The notes under the pieces were generated by a model, which worked only from the letters and a program-made list of their open reading frames with translations, did no database searches and was not told the DNA's origin. A program made the translations under genes and the position numbers. From Macrostomum lignano (taxonomy: Eukaryota), in the NCBI GenBank assembly GCA_002269645.1, contig NIVC01000056.1:806001-870000 (forward strand): a stretch of DNA of 64,000 nucleotides. The letters are read 5' to 3'. The stretch's first letter is position 1. Every line of letters begins with the position of its first letter. Positions 34,494 to 47,961 of this stretch are shown here, piece by piece.

Positions 34494-35432
34494 TTAGGCA
34501 GCAAAGATAGACAGCCTGTCAGCCTTCTGAACATCCGTTCTCCAGTGACCAGTCGAGCTATTCGTGAACAAAATCCTCGGCGCGGCAGTGAAGTTTCCCT
34601 TAGAAAATGGGCAAACATCATCGGTATCCATTATCATTAGCAGTCCATTGTCAGCAGAGCAACCGCCGTAGTCGTAGTTGATGAAAAACCTGCGCTCGTG
34701 ACTCCATCCAGAAGCGGTAGACACGTGACCAGCTACGGAGAAATAGTTGACAGTCCTGTTAGCGAGGCCATCTACCGGCCAGCTCGATTTGAGGCAATCG
34801 AGGGCAAACCAATTCTGCGCCGTGAGTCCCGGCTTGGATACGTCAAACGTCAATCGAATAACGGGAACGTTTGATTTGTACACGATTACGCGAAACTCTT
34901 TCATGGTTAGAAAGTTTTTCAGTTCGTTCAAATTGTCCAGAAGATCCGAGCGGAACACATCCGGCTGTCCAGCAGTTGAGCTCTCGCTCTCAACCGTTAG
35001 GACGTGCTCATTGCCAGCTGCTGTGACGAAAGAGTTGTAGGCCTTGCGGTTAACTCCAGCTTTGATGGTGAAGATCAAGTGAGACACTACCGGGGCATCT
35101 GGTGCCCGACACGGAAGCCAGGACTCTAGAAGTCCATCGGACGAAGATGGCAGGCACTTTAGCGGGCACTCGCTGCTCAGTAGGTGGCACTCGCCTGAGC
35201 TGCCGTTCAGAAGAACTTGACTGGCACGCCAAATCATTTTCGATTCGAACTCTTTTTGCAGTTTTGTTATCCAACAAATGTGTCTCGGTATGGCGGTCTT
35301 GCAAGCTAAGTTCTTCAAGCAATCAGCGCAACCGTTAAGCTTCTGAACTTCAAAGCATGACTCTGTTCGGGCCTGAGACCAAACAGAGTTTAAAAAAACA
35401 AATAACAGAAGTAGATTTGCTGCAGATAACAT
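34494..35432 (-). CDS. Intronless secreted Cys-rich protein, 312 aa, family unassigned
   Basis: ATG followed by signal peptide MLSAANLLLLFVFLNSVWSQ. Cys-rich N-terminal half. The C-terminal half contains NWF..D.LKSSW, YFSVAG, RRFFINYDYGGC..D.G and ADRLSIF. Confidence 0.8.
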   Translation of the reverse strand: MLSAANLLLLFVFLNSVWSQARTESCFEVQKLNGCADCLKNLACKTAIPRHICWITKLQKEFESKMIWRASQVLLNGSSGECHLLSSECPLKCLPSSSDGLLESWLPCRAPDAPVVSHLIFTIKAGVNRKAYNSFVTAAGNEHVLTVESESSTAGQPDVFRSDLLDNLNELKNFLTMKEFRVIVYKSNVPVIRLTFDVSKPGLTAQNWFALDCLKSSWPVDGLANRTVNYFSVAGHVSTASGWSHERRFFINYDYGGCSADNGLLMIMDTDDVCPFSKGNFTAAPRILFTNSSTGHWRTDVQKADRLSIFAA

Positions 35433-35599
35433 TTTCTTCAGTTCAAGATCAATTCAAAAGTTTTGCTGTTGTTTGGAAATATGCGACTCTGTCGATGTAT
35501 GGAGCAGAGCCTGTATGTTGGCTCTCAATGTGTTTTATAAGCCCTATCTTCAGCGAAACTTTCAAACTGTAATTGTAATGCTTTTCATTGGGTGCGCCA

Positions 35600-36720
35600 A
35601 GTCCCCGCCAGTAGTGGGCAGGTTCGCAGAGGAGGCATCGGCGACCCTCATCCTGCGGTATCTCAGACGAAGGTCACGGATGTTGTCCAGGCTTGGTCAG
35701 CTCGTCCATCCGCTGGGGGTGGTCGAGGTATTTGTGCCGCGCCTTGTTGAAGTGAGGGCAGAAGGTGACGTGATGCTCCGCGGTCTTCTCTCCCATGCCA
35801 CAGAAAGGACAGGTAGGAGGGCAACCGGTTGGCAACGGGATATGTCTCTGAAAGAATCCATGGCCGGTTAGGACCATGCACATCTCCCTAAGGTCGGTTC
35901 TTTTAAGTGAGATCAGATACTCAGAGAATTTCCTGTTCAGGTGAGGTTCTGCCTGTAGTCGGTACAACTGTTCCAGTGGACCTGGTGGTGCTGGTGGAGC
36001 CACCTGTTGATATGGCGGGTGATTTGCGACCTAGGAATGGGTAGCCTCACCAGACGGTGGTTACCGTCTGGGTTGCTGCCCTCCATGGCAAGTGAATTGC
36101 TGTGACCGGGTGTCCAGATAATTCTAATCCTGTTGAGGACTGAGACAGATTGTGCACTGTAGTAACATTGAGATACTGTTGCAGCGGAGATTTTTCGGCG
36201 GTTAGGGCCTTGATCGCGGCGAATTGGCTATCAGCGTAAAAATGAATATTGAAATTCCTGATGTTTGCCTGGAGCAGATGCTGGTCGCACTGCTCAACGG
36301 CGCAAATTTCGGCTTGGAAAACATCGATGTTCTCGCCGAGGTGCAGACTTTCCTGAAAGAGAATCTTACCCTCGTAGAAGATGGCAACACCCGCTCCAGC
36401 GCGGCCGTGATACGGCGTCATTGGCATGTCTAGTTAAAGCCGGAAGGTTTGTCATTTATCGTTTTATCTTTGAAAAGTCCAGAGGCGGATTTCATAGCTT
36501 CCACCCTAATAAACAAAGGGAGCAGAGGTAATTAAAAAATGTTCAGTCCCTCGATTGGGGTTGATGGGTACGCACCAGTGATGGCGCGGCAGATGCTGTC
36601 CTGCAGCTGGTAGAGGCGCTCACGAGGGTCCTCTGCTCCAGCAAGCTCACGTACGTGATGCTGGGCCAGATGCTGGACCAGACCGGTGTAGATCCAACGG
36701 TCTGTTTTCGAGGAGCGGCC
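35600..36720 (-). mobile_element. Decayed 3' fragment of a second LOA-like LINE (RNase H, CCHC)
   Basis: [38 protein letters not shown] and CPFCG...EH...FCP. Confidence 0.75.
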
Positions 36721-37059
36721 CCAGGTCGGCCCGATGGCTCGGGGGCGCAAATTAATGACTAAGGTACTGTAATTTTTGAAGAGTTTGATCGGGTGGTGAT
36801 CAGTCACCCGAAAACTCCCACTTCCAGATACTTAAGCCTGGGAACAAAATCAGTGATCACCTGTTGCGGGCTCCTCTTCTTTTGTTGTTGGGGGTCCGCA
36901 GAGCTCGTCTTCTTAAGTCCGCTTCCTCCGGAGTAGTCCTCTTGAATTCTCCTCACCACTATATCTCCTCCTCAGCCGATGTCGCAGTTATGGGAGATAT
37001 AACCCGCAGAACAAGCAGCGGTGATACATTAAAACTGACTGGTTGCGAGGAACATCCAC

Positions 37060-37300
37060 CGGCAGGCAGCGCGCTGTGTACAAGTGGTAGGATCGGTTCA
37101 AGGGCGGCTGCACTTCGACCCTGGACGAGCCGAGATCTGGGAGACCCTGAGAAGTGCGGACTGAGAGCGACATTGAGCTCATCTGTGGTCTGCAGGAAAT
37201 CGATTCACGATGGACCTCGGAAGAAATGACAGGACTTATAGTGGAATTCTTTCATCCAGCATCCACCAAATTCTCACAGAGAACTTGGGGTCGCCGGTAT
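37060..37300 (+). pseudogene. Decayed mariner/Tc1 transposase N-terminal (HTH) fragment
   Basis: Manual translation gives AVYKW*DRFKGGCTSTLDEPRSGRP*EVRTESDIELI..DSRWT.EEM and SIHQILTENLG, matching the mariner DxPRSGRP linker. Confidence 0.7.
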
Positions 37301-37524
37301 AAACGAGCTCTTCAACTAGATCGTCCGACTTCTGAAACACCTGAGTGATTCGGGTGCTGCAGACGGCGTTCAGAAGTTGGCCGAGCGGTAGGAACGAGCC
37401 ATCGCATTCATTGGATCCTATTTTGAATCCCTGTGAAAAATAAACTGTTTGTTGTGATATCAGTCCAAACTGCAACACGATTGCACGAATTTTTGTTATG
37501 GCCATCGAAGCCCTCGAAACAGCT

Positions 37525-37890
37525 AGAGGTTGCTGCACGGACTTCGTTAGTACCGACTGCTTGGAAGCACAAAGGATTTGATTTTTTGTCGAGACCAGAG
37601 TTCTGTATATTCCGTATATTCAGCTTGCTTTTGTTTCGACACGTTTTGAAAAAGCAAAATAGTTTTTTCAAGCCAGCTATTCGTGCATGGGGCCATTGTC
37701 TATTGAAGAGGTTCTTTTTTCGGTGACACCCGTGCGTGGCATTTTAGTCACAGAAAGCATAGATTAGTCAAAAACAGAATTGCATTGTGCGTCATGGATG
37801 TCTTAGACTGGTAGTCCTGGACGAGAAATTGGCTCGAAAGAAGCATTTCTTATTCGGCGACTTTAGACTTCCGTGAAATTTATGCATTTG
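37525..37890 (+). repeat. Dispersed repeat, copy 2 (other copy at 30320-30690)
   Basis: Collinear with 30320-30690. Confidence 0.8.
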
Positions 37891-40146
37891 CTTACAACAA
37901 CTATGAACAGCATATTTTCAACCTAGCAAACTATACATGTAGTTTGGTCTGTTCGTTGACTAACGTTTGCACTAACTACGAACAATTGCATATTCCTGTG
38001 CCTAAAAACCAGTAAAATTCTTAGCTGACTGTGTTACAATATGTGTACCAGATATGATAAAATCGATTCATAAAAAACAGAGTCAAGCTGTGTCTTGAAT
38101 TTTTATGATTTCTAGGTACAGGAAATGTATGTAACAAAAATTGACATAAAATTCTAATTTTCTGAACAAAAAGCTTTATGAATATCAATAGAAGCTATAA
38201 GACAGGCACAACATATCAAAAGATGGACATTGGGTCCGCATTCTATCAAAAGCAATAACAATTTTTGTGTTGAAAAAAATGAAAACTTTCTATCTCCGTA
38301 AGTTTATTTTCGGCGAAACCAGCCTCCTAAACATTTTCTAAGAAAAGTTATAGTTTCCCGTCCTTCATCTTGAGTAGTCTTTGGCACGGACCATAGAGAA
38401 AGAGATAAAAGTTGTGGTAGATTGTTTCAATAACTTTGTAATAGACAATGGATAAATAATCAGCGGTCCCAGTGCGTGACAATCGTTGCTGAATCAAGCA
38501 AAGAATCAGCGGTGAGCCACCGCTGATTCTTTGCATTATTTTTCTGTTTGACGGTCCTAAAAACAATGCATTGTTTGTAGTAATGTATTGTTCTGCATAA
38601 ATAATGCGAATAATGATCGTCAAATTGCTAAACAATGATTAAATTTATTACACTCGCGGCGTTGCCATCGGCGCATTGTCTCATAAAGTTTTTTAGTAGC
38701 TTTAAAGAATGATTTCGAAGCGTTGGATAATGAATCAATACACTGTAGAGGCTTATCCATTCATAAAATGCTACTGTAAGTAGAACAACGCAAAGACGCG
38801 CAGCAACTTAAACTACGAGTATGAATCACGTTGTTACAATTTATAACAAAAAATGAATCATTTTACTATTTATAAAAACTGTTTCCTGTGAAGCCGTGAA
38901 GCCGACTTCAGAATTCAAGGACAGGACTCCGAAAGAAACAACTTCAAGAAGACGAGCTCAAATAATCTACCCGTTAAAGAAGAGGAGCCCGCAACATTAA
39001 GTGATCACTAAGTTCTGTTCGCAGTCTGGGAGTGGAATCGCTTTCGAGTGACTGATCAACAGTCTTAAACTTTTCAAAAATTAGAAAATCTCGCCTAGGA
39101 TAACTTGAAAATCTCGCCATTGTACTTTGTGCTTGTTGTCCTTGTGCTTCCGAGGACAACCGAAATAAACGTATTTTCTCTACACTAGATTATCTGTCGG
39201 AAGAATTGGGATCATTCCAGCGCAGACGTTTCTCAGCAGAGTTTGTCTATGGGCGAAACCCAATTCAGTAGTTTCTAGATGATTCGATGTTTGCAGGTGA
39301 GTGTACATTTGTCCGCCGTCCGCCTGTCTATGGTCAAAGTGTTGTATAGCCAAAGACTTGGGCTTTCCAGTTGTAGTTGCAAAGATAAAGTGCCAGGACT
39401 ACACGATCGATGTTTTAAACAGCCAGACATGTCGCGTGATCAATAATAACATTGTACAGATAATTTATCAACTACTCTACCGAAAGTGGCAGTGCACGCA
39501 AAAGAAAAGAAAACTGTTAATATAGTTAGCATTTACGTTATACCGTACTTATAGTAGAAATACCAGCGGAACAATGATAATATTAAATTAACCGTCAATT
39601 TACGACACAACACAAAGCAAATTTGCTCACAACAGATTTAAGCATGCGTAAAATTGGATAATTAGTGTACGTCCGTTGAAGGAACAAAAATTAAGTGTTA
39701 TCTATAATTCTCATGTTCCCAATTGTCTCTAGCACGTGCCAGAGAGTACTTTAAGTACGATCGTAGACGCCCATTCATTTCTATGACGTTGTCCGTCAGT
39801 TTTCCCTCAATATATTTTTTCTGATTTTTTCATGTGCGTCATGCAGAGAGTGGTCTGATTCGATGTCCAAGTAGCTGCAGAAACCCGATGTCATTCTTTT
39901 ATAAACGCACCTCAGCGTGTAGGTTTTTTTTCTCATCAGCCAGTCTATAGTAATATATTCCCAATGAAAGAAGCAACTTTGATATTAATTTTGCTCGTAG
40001 AATTCTTTTACTCATCTCATCCAATCAAAATGACGCGTTGTCTCCTTGAGTGGGCCTTGAATGTTTTTAGATGCCGTCAGATATACATCTAAGTAGACAA
40101 CAGCGTATATCTAACATCAAGTGCGTATACGATAGACCAAACGCAT

Positions 40147-40434
<288 letters not shown>

Positions 40435-40481
40435 CTTAGTTTCTTTATTCAAGAGAAAGAAACTTGAACAAAAAAGCTGAT

Positions 40482-40947
40482 ATTGCGAGCATTTTCATTA
40501 GAACGACATGTTTCGCCTAACTTTAGGCATCATCGGGCCAAATTGGAATTTATTTAATTTAAGTCAAAACGTAGAGTATAAATACATTTCAGTGGCAGAT
40601 AGTCAGTGATGCACAAAATTGTAATAACAAAACACGGGGGGGAGTCAACAGATCAAACCGAGACAGACAGAGAAAGAGAGAGAGCGAGAGAGAAAGAGAG
40701 AGAGAGAGCCGGGGAGAAAGAGAGAGAGCGAGAGAGAAAGACAGACTCTCTTTCTCTGTCTGTCTCGGTTTGATCTGTTGACTCCCCCCCCCCGTGTTTT
40801 GTTATTACAATTTTGTGCATCACTGACTATCTGCCACTGAAATGTATTTATACTCTACGTTTTGACTTAAATTAAATAAATTCCAATTTGGCCCGATGAT
40901 GCCTAAAGTTAGGCGAAACATGTCGTTCTAATGAAAATGCTCGCAAT
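40482..40947. repeat. Near-perfect inverted repeat, about 200-bp arms with a GA-rich spacer
   Basis: 40482-about 40680 is the reverse complement of about 40745-40947. The only difference I found is G7 versus C10. Confidence 0.95.
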
Positions 40948-41301
40948 CTCCTTTCTTTTACTTCTCATTATCAAGCGTGCTGTTCTACCAGAAAGCTGAT
41001 ATTAATTATGGGCGTCAGCTAAGAAGATTTCAACCATTATGTACCTCATCGGGTACTCAATAAATAATCTGGTCTGTTATTCACGGACAAAGAACTTCCC
41101 GCCATCAACGCCAACAAGCTCATGCGGCAGAACCGGAAACTTCAGCAGATAGCAGTCGCCCAGGTGAAACAGGGCAGCCTGGCAGTTTCCATCGCAACGA
41201 GCCAAACAGTGGATGGAGTTCTTAGTTGACTGTACGATGCGGAAGATGGGCCCGCCAGAGGTGATCACGTTTAGGTAGACGCGCTCAGCTGTTATGAACT
41301 T

Positions 41302-42123
41302 ATGTCCTTCAGCGAGAAGATTGTTGTTGAGCTCTGCTACAACTTGCTGCACCAAGGCTACCGCATCTTTGTCGATAAATGGTTCGGTTTCTATCGGCTG
41401 TCAGAGTACCTGCTGACACAAGGAACGCACCTGACTTGTACCGTCCGGGCCGACCGAGGTGTGCCGATTGAGCTCAGACAGCTGCACGTTCCACCTAACG
41501 ACGTCGCCTTCATGCGCAAAGACGGGGTGCTGGCTGTCAAGATCGTTGAACGAAAGGAGAGTGGCCTGAAGACTCTGTATTTGCTGGACACGAAAGAGGC
41601 GGCTGAATGGGTTCAAACCAGACGCGTGGTTTGTGGAGGAGCAGAAACAGTTGTGCAGAAGAGCAGGTCAGTTCTCACCTACAATCGGTGCATGGGTGGT
41701 GTTGACAGAATGGACAGTCATCTACAGCCTCATCTGCCAGGGAGGAAAACTACAAAGTGGTTTTTGAAGCTCGGCTTGCATCTATTTCTTCAAATGATTC
41801 GCAACGCTTGGATTGTGTACAGCCGGTGCGGTGGAGAGAAGACGTTCGCCAAGTTTCTTGAGGCCAGCATTCGGGAGCTGGTGGAGCGTACCGGAACGAG
41901 CAGGAAGCGCCCGGCCGCTGCCATCCAGGCCGCTCCAGGTGGCCCAGTCAGTCCGCACTTTCCAACGAAGATCGTGGCGCGGGACAGTCAGCCAAGACCA
42001 ACAAAGCGCTGTCGTGTCTGCTACAGAGCTGGAAGCAGCAAGCCCACGATATACTGCTGCCCTGAGTGTCCAGGGGAACCGGGGCTCTGCTTGGAAGCCT
42101 GCTTTCAGCAGTTGCAAGCCTGA
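41302..42123 (+). pseudogene. piggyBac transposase, C-terminal half
   Basis: YRIFVDKWF, YNRCMGGVDRMD, KWFLKLGLHL and the Cys-rich tail CRVC...CCPEC....LC...CF. The N-terminal half is missing or decayed. Confidence 0.85.
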
Positions 42124-42561
42124 TCTTCGACTGCGATTTGGACTAAGTCTGCCTTAATGAATCTATTCGAAGGCAACCTGTTCACTTGAACTTATTACTT
42201 AGTCAAAATATAATGCAAGCCAGTATACTTTAATGTAGGTTGTATGTTTACTGAGTTATTATGTTTATTTAAAGTTTAAAGTTATCTAAACACATATCAC
42301 AATGTTCTTTTTTGCCTTTTGGAGTACTTTTGCATCTAAATGTACGATCTGTACGATCTGCTTACTTTTGTTTTACTTTGTTAAAATATTTTTCGTATGA
42401 TTTTTTCCTCAGTCGAATTGTTTCCAGACCGGGAATGATCTGTAGCAGATTTCAACCAACTGCGGTATAAAAGCAAATGACTAATTTTTTATTTGGAAGG
42501 ATAAAAGTAAAGCTAGTTCCTTTTTGAATAAATATTTGTCCATGTCCCCTAATGGCTGAAT

Positions 42562-42612
<51 letters not shown>

Positions 42613-42629
42613 AAGACAGACAGACAGAA

Positions 42630-42678
<49 letters not shown>

Positions 42679-42679
42679 G
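42562..42679. repeat. (AGAC)n microsatellite
   Basis: Directly visible. Confidence 0.95.
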
Positions 42680-43703
42680 TCAGTTTTAAAGAGCTGCTCA
42701 ATCTGATTTTCCTAACTTCAATTCTATATGGCAAGCTCTGCTTACCATAGCCGACCGGAACGGCCTGTGGCCAGCCATAGACTTATAGACTTTCCTCACT
42801 CGCGAAAGTTTAGGCTTGGATTGGAGTGTCAGCGTGGTAAGCACTGCTTACCATCAGACTGCTGGCGGTTAACCAGCAGTGGCGGTTAAGTGGTTTAACA
42901 GTGGATATTTGTTTATGAAACCAACCTTTAGCGGACTTTTAAATATCCGCGGTCATCTAGCTGCTGCTAACTGCTAGCTGACCAGTGCTTCATGAAATCG
43001 GTTCCTGGTTTCGGGGTTGAGACTTTCGCATCTTAATAAGTGTACATATACGAGTAGATGTACTTTATACAAAGTATAAATATTATTTTCTGTGTCAGCC
43101 ATAGACATGCTGGGGAACTCTCGCTTTACAGGTAATGGGTTTGAAGCCGGCGATTGCTAGCTGAAAAATACGCAAGCGCATTAGAGAGCCCAAAGCTCGT
43201 ATTGAGTTTCGAACTCGCAGTAGTTTTTGTCTCGACTTCAATTTGGTTCAACAAAGAAGGGGAGAACACGACAGATTTAGGCTATGAAAAAGCACGCGAT
43301 GTCGAATGCTTCGAATTCGAATAATGATAAATTTATTGCACAATAAATCAATAAATCAAAAAAGTAAATAAGAAAAGTAAAATCAAAGTAAAATCACAAT
43401 ACTGCGCTGGAAGTACATACCATCTACATGTACATTTGATTGTCAACAGAATACGGAACTGTAATTAAACTACATATTGCCAATATTCGCATATTTTTAG
43501 CCAGTGTTGCAAAAATTAAATGTGCCAACTTTCGCTGGAAGCCACGGGTTTCTCGGCGAGATGCTTCAACAAGATATAATTAATATCGCACTTTGTTTTG
43601 TATAGCAATGAATTGATAAATACCCTGGCATCACACCTAAGAAACTTCCAAATTTTCTAATGAAGCAAGAAGCATGTGCGCTTGCCCCGGGTGGACTAAT
43701 TAG

Positions 43704-46700
43704 TTCATCCCCGACACTTCATATAATATATCCGACACTTCATATAATATATCCGACACTTCATATAATATATCCGACACTTCATATCCCCGACACTTCA
43801 TATCCCCGACACTTCATATCCCCGACACTTCATGTCCCCGACACTTCATATCCCCGACACTTCATATCCCCGACACTTCATGTCCCCGACACTTCATTTC
43901 ACCGACACTTCATGTCTCCGACACTTCATATAATATATCCGACAATTCATATCCCCGACACTTCATGTCTCCGACACTTCATATAATATATCCGACAATT
44001 CATATCCCCGACACTTCATGTCTCCGACACTTCATATAATATATCCGACAATTCATATCCCCGACACTTCATATCCCTGTCACTTCATATATCCGACACT
44101 TCATATCCCCGACACTTCATGTCTCCGACACTTCATATCCCCGACACTTCATATCCCCGACACTTCATATCCCCGACACTTCATGTCTCCGACACTTCAT
44201 ATAATATATCCGAAACTTCATATCCCCGACACTTCATATCCCCGACACTTCATATCCCCGACACTTCATATCCCTGTCACTTCATATATCCGACACTTCA
44301 TATCCCCGACACTTCATGTCTCCGACACTTCATATAATATATCCGACAATTCATATCCCCGACACTTCATGTCTCCGACACTTCATATAATATATCCGAC
44401 AATTCATATCCCCGACACTTCATATCCCTGTCACTTCATATATCCGACACTTCATATCCCCGACACTTCATGTCTCCGACACTTCATATCCCCGACACTT
44501 CATATCCCCGACACTTCATATCCCCGACACTTCATGTCTCCGACACTTCATATAATATATCCGACAATTCATATCCCCGACACTTCATATCCCTGTCAAT
44601 TCATATATCCGACACTTCATATCCCCGACACTTCATGTCTCCGACACTTCATATAATATATCCGACACTTCATATCCCCGACACTTCATATCCCCGACAC
44701 TTCATGTCTCCGACACTTCATATAATAATATATCCGACAATTCATATCCCCGACACTTCATATCCCCGACACTTCATGTCTCCAACACTTCATATCCCCG
44801 ACACTTCATTTCTCCAACACTTCATATAATATATCCGACAATTCATATCCCCGACACTTCATATCCCTGTCACTTCATATATCCGACACTTCCTATCCCC
44901 GACACTTCATATAATATATCCGACACTTCATATAATATATCCGACACTTCATATCCCTGTCACTTCATATATCCGACACTTCATATCCCCGACACTTCAT
45001 GTCTCCGACACTTCATGTCTCCGACACTTCATATAATATATCCGACAATTCATATCCCCGACACTTCATATCCCTGTCACTTCATATATCCGACACTTCC
45101 TATCCCCGACACTTCATATAATATATCCGACACTTCATATAATATATCCTACACTTCATATCCCTGTCACTTCATATATCCGACACTTCATATCCCCGAC
45201 ACTTCATGTCTCCGACACTTCATATAATATATCCGACACTTCATATCCCCGACACTTCATATCCCCGACACTTCATGTCTCCGACACTTCATGTCTCCGA
45301 CACTTCATATAATAATATATCCGACACTTCATATCCCTGTCACTTCATATATCCGACACTTCATATCCCTGTCACTTCATGTATCCGACACTTCATATCC
45401 CCGACACTTCATGTCTCCGACACTTCATATAATATATCCGACAATTCATATCCCCGACACTTCATATCCCTGTCACTTCATATATCCGACACTTCATATC
45501 CCCGACACTTCATTTCTCCAACACTTCATATAATATATCCGACAATTCATATCCCCGACACTTCATATCCCCGTCACTTCATATATCCGACACTTCATAT
45601 CCCCGACACTTCATATAATATATCCGACACTTCATATAATATATCCGACACTTCATATCCCTGTCACTTCATATATCCGACACTTCATATCCCCGACACT
45701 TCATTTCTCCGACACTTCATATAATATATGCGACAATTCATATCCCCGACACTTCATATCCTGTCACTTCATATATCCGACACTTCATATCCCTGTCACT
45801 TCATATATCCGACACTTCATATCCCCGACACTTCATGTCTCCGACACTTCATGTCTCCGACACTTCATATAATATATCCGACAATTCATATCCCCGACAC
45901 TTCATATCCCTGTCACTTCATATATCCGACACTTCCTATCCCCGACACTTCATATAATATATCCGACACTTCATATAATATATCCTACACTTCATATCCC
46001 TGTCACTTCATATATCCGACACTTCATATCCCCGACACTTCATGTCTCCGACACTTCATATAATATATCCGACACTTCATATCCCCGACACTTCATATCC
46101 CCGACACTTCATGTCTCCGACACTTCATGTCTCCGACACTTCATATAATAATATATCCGACACTTCATATCCCTGTCACTTCATATATCCGACACTTCAT
46201 ATCCCTGTCACTTCATGTATCCGACACTTCATATCCCCGACACTTCATGTCTCCGACACTTCATATAATATATCCGACAATTCATATCCCCGACACTTCA
46301 TATCCCTGTCACTTCATATATCCGACACTTCATATCCCCGACACTTCATTTCTCCAACACTTCATATAATATATCCGACAATTCATATCCCCGACACTTC
46401 ATATCCCCGTCACTTCATATATCCGACACTTCATATCCCCGACACTTCATTTCTCCGACACTTCATATAATATATCCGACACTTCATATCCCTGTCACTT
46501 CATATATCCGACACTTCATATCCCCGACACTTCATTTCTCCGACACTTCATATAATATATGCGACAATTCATATCCCCGACACTTCATATCCTGTCACTT
46601 CATATATCCGACACTTCATATCCCCGACACTTCATTTCTCCGACACTTCATATAATATATGCGACAATTCATATCCCCGACACTTCATATCCCTGTCACT

Positions 46701-47175
46701 TCATATATCCGACACTTCATATCCCCGACACTTCATGTCTCCGACACTTCATATAATAATATATCCGACAATTCATATCCCCGACACTTCATATCCCCGA
46801 CACTTCATGTCTACGACACTTCATATCCCCGACACTTCATTTCTCCAACACTTCATATAATATATCCGACAATTCATATCCCCGACACTTCATATCCCTG
46901 TCACTTCATATATCCGAAACTTCATATCCCCGACACTTCATGTCTCCGACACTTCATATAATATATCCGATAATTAATATTCCCGACACTTCATAACCTC
47001 CGACACTTCATTTTTCCGACACTTCATATCTCCGACACACTTCATATCCCGACACACTTCATATCCCGACACTTCATATCTCCGACACTTCATAACCTCC
47101 GACACTTCATATCTTCGACACTTCAGTTTAGCATAATTCCGACACTTCAGTTTAGTATAACTCCGACACTTCAGT
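43704..47175. repeat. Satellite array of 15-20 bp CCGACACTTCATAT variants with a higher-order repeat
   Basis: About 3.5 kb of tandem monomers. Long identical stretches recur at an 836-bp offset. Confidence 0.95.
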
Positions 47176-47368
47176 TTAGCATAAGTCCAACACAAATTCA
47201 TTTTAATGCGAACATCGGGTTTCAGTAAAACTTGCATGATTTGCGAGCGTATAGCGTTTTTCTACATTGACTTACAGTTGTTCATTGGGACAGTAACACT
47301 GGAATACATCTAAATCAGTTAAATCTGTGACTTTTGACAAGCAGTTTCGCCAGTTAGTCAGAAAAATA

Positions 47369-47724
47369 TTAGTTTGGCGTGGGAACCAATGCTATTCTCG
47401 GTACTCGAACGTTCTCATCGCATTGGCAAGCCGGCCGCTCTCCGCTTCCCGAAGCAACAATCGCGCGAGCTCGCTTCGCGAATCGAACAGCCGCCACCAC
47501 CGCTTGAGTTTGAAGCGACTGGTGCAGCAGTTGAACACCGCGAAATATGCCTTCGTGTCGAGGCAATCCGTAGTCAGTGACGCCAGGGCCGCTGCTATCG
47601 ACGTTCGCGTCGTCGCTGCTCTTGGCACGAAAAGTCATTGCTCCAGGACCGTCAGGGGAGCCGTTGGTAAACTTACCGGCAAAGCTGATGCAGCCAACTG
47701 TGGTGACTTTTTTGCTGCCTTTTC
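47369..47724 (-). CDS. MORN4: MORN4/retinophilin-like protein, exon 2
   Basis: Acceptor TTGACAG| is phase 1. MORN repeat FAGKFTNGSPDGPG. YGLPRHEGIF..QLL...AVVAAVRFAKRAR resembles the MORN4 C-terminus (HGIPRNEGLF..KLL..., recalled from memory). Confidence 0.7.
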
Positions 47725-47961
47725 CTGTCAATGGAATCAGGCAAATACGTTTTGACTATGTAATAAAAAACGTGTGATAACAATAACCGAAAACAAGCTG
47801 ATAAATGATAATTTTATAGCGCAACGCCTTCGGTGACACCATTCTCACAACCACATAGGCGGTGTACAGCGACCCTGACTTTCCAGTCGCTCTCTGTCCT
47901 GCTCCTGTCCTGCAAAATCAGTTGAGCCATTTTTTCTAGAATCGATCACACACATACCTAC

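Noticed and set aside
42124-42560. piggyBac right TIR and TTAA target site
   Set aside because: No convincing terminal repeat was found, so the element boundaries are not called.
43660-47237. Many ORFs (PTLHIPDTSY...) and a superficially CRISPR-like repeat
   Set aside because: This is a tandem satellite with no unique spacers and no cas genes, in a eukaryotic context.
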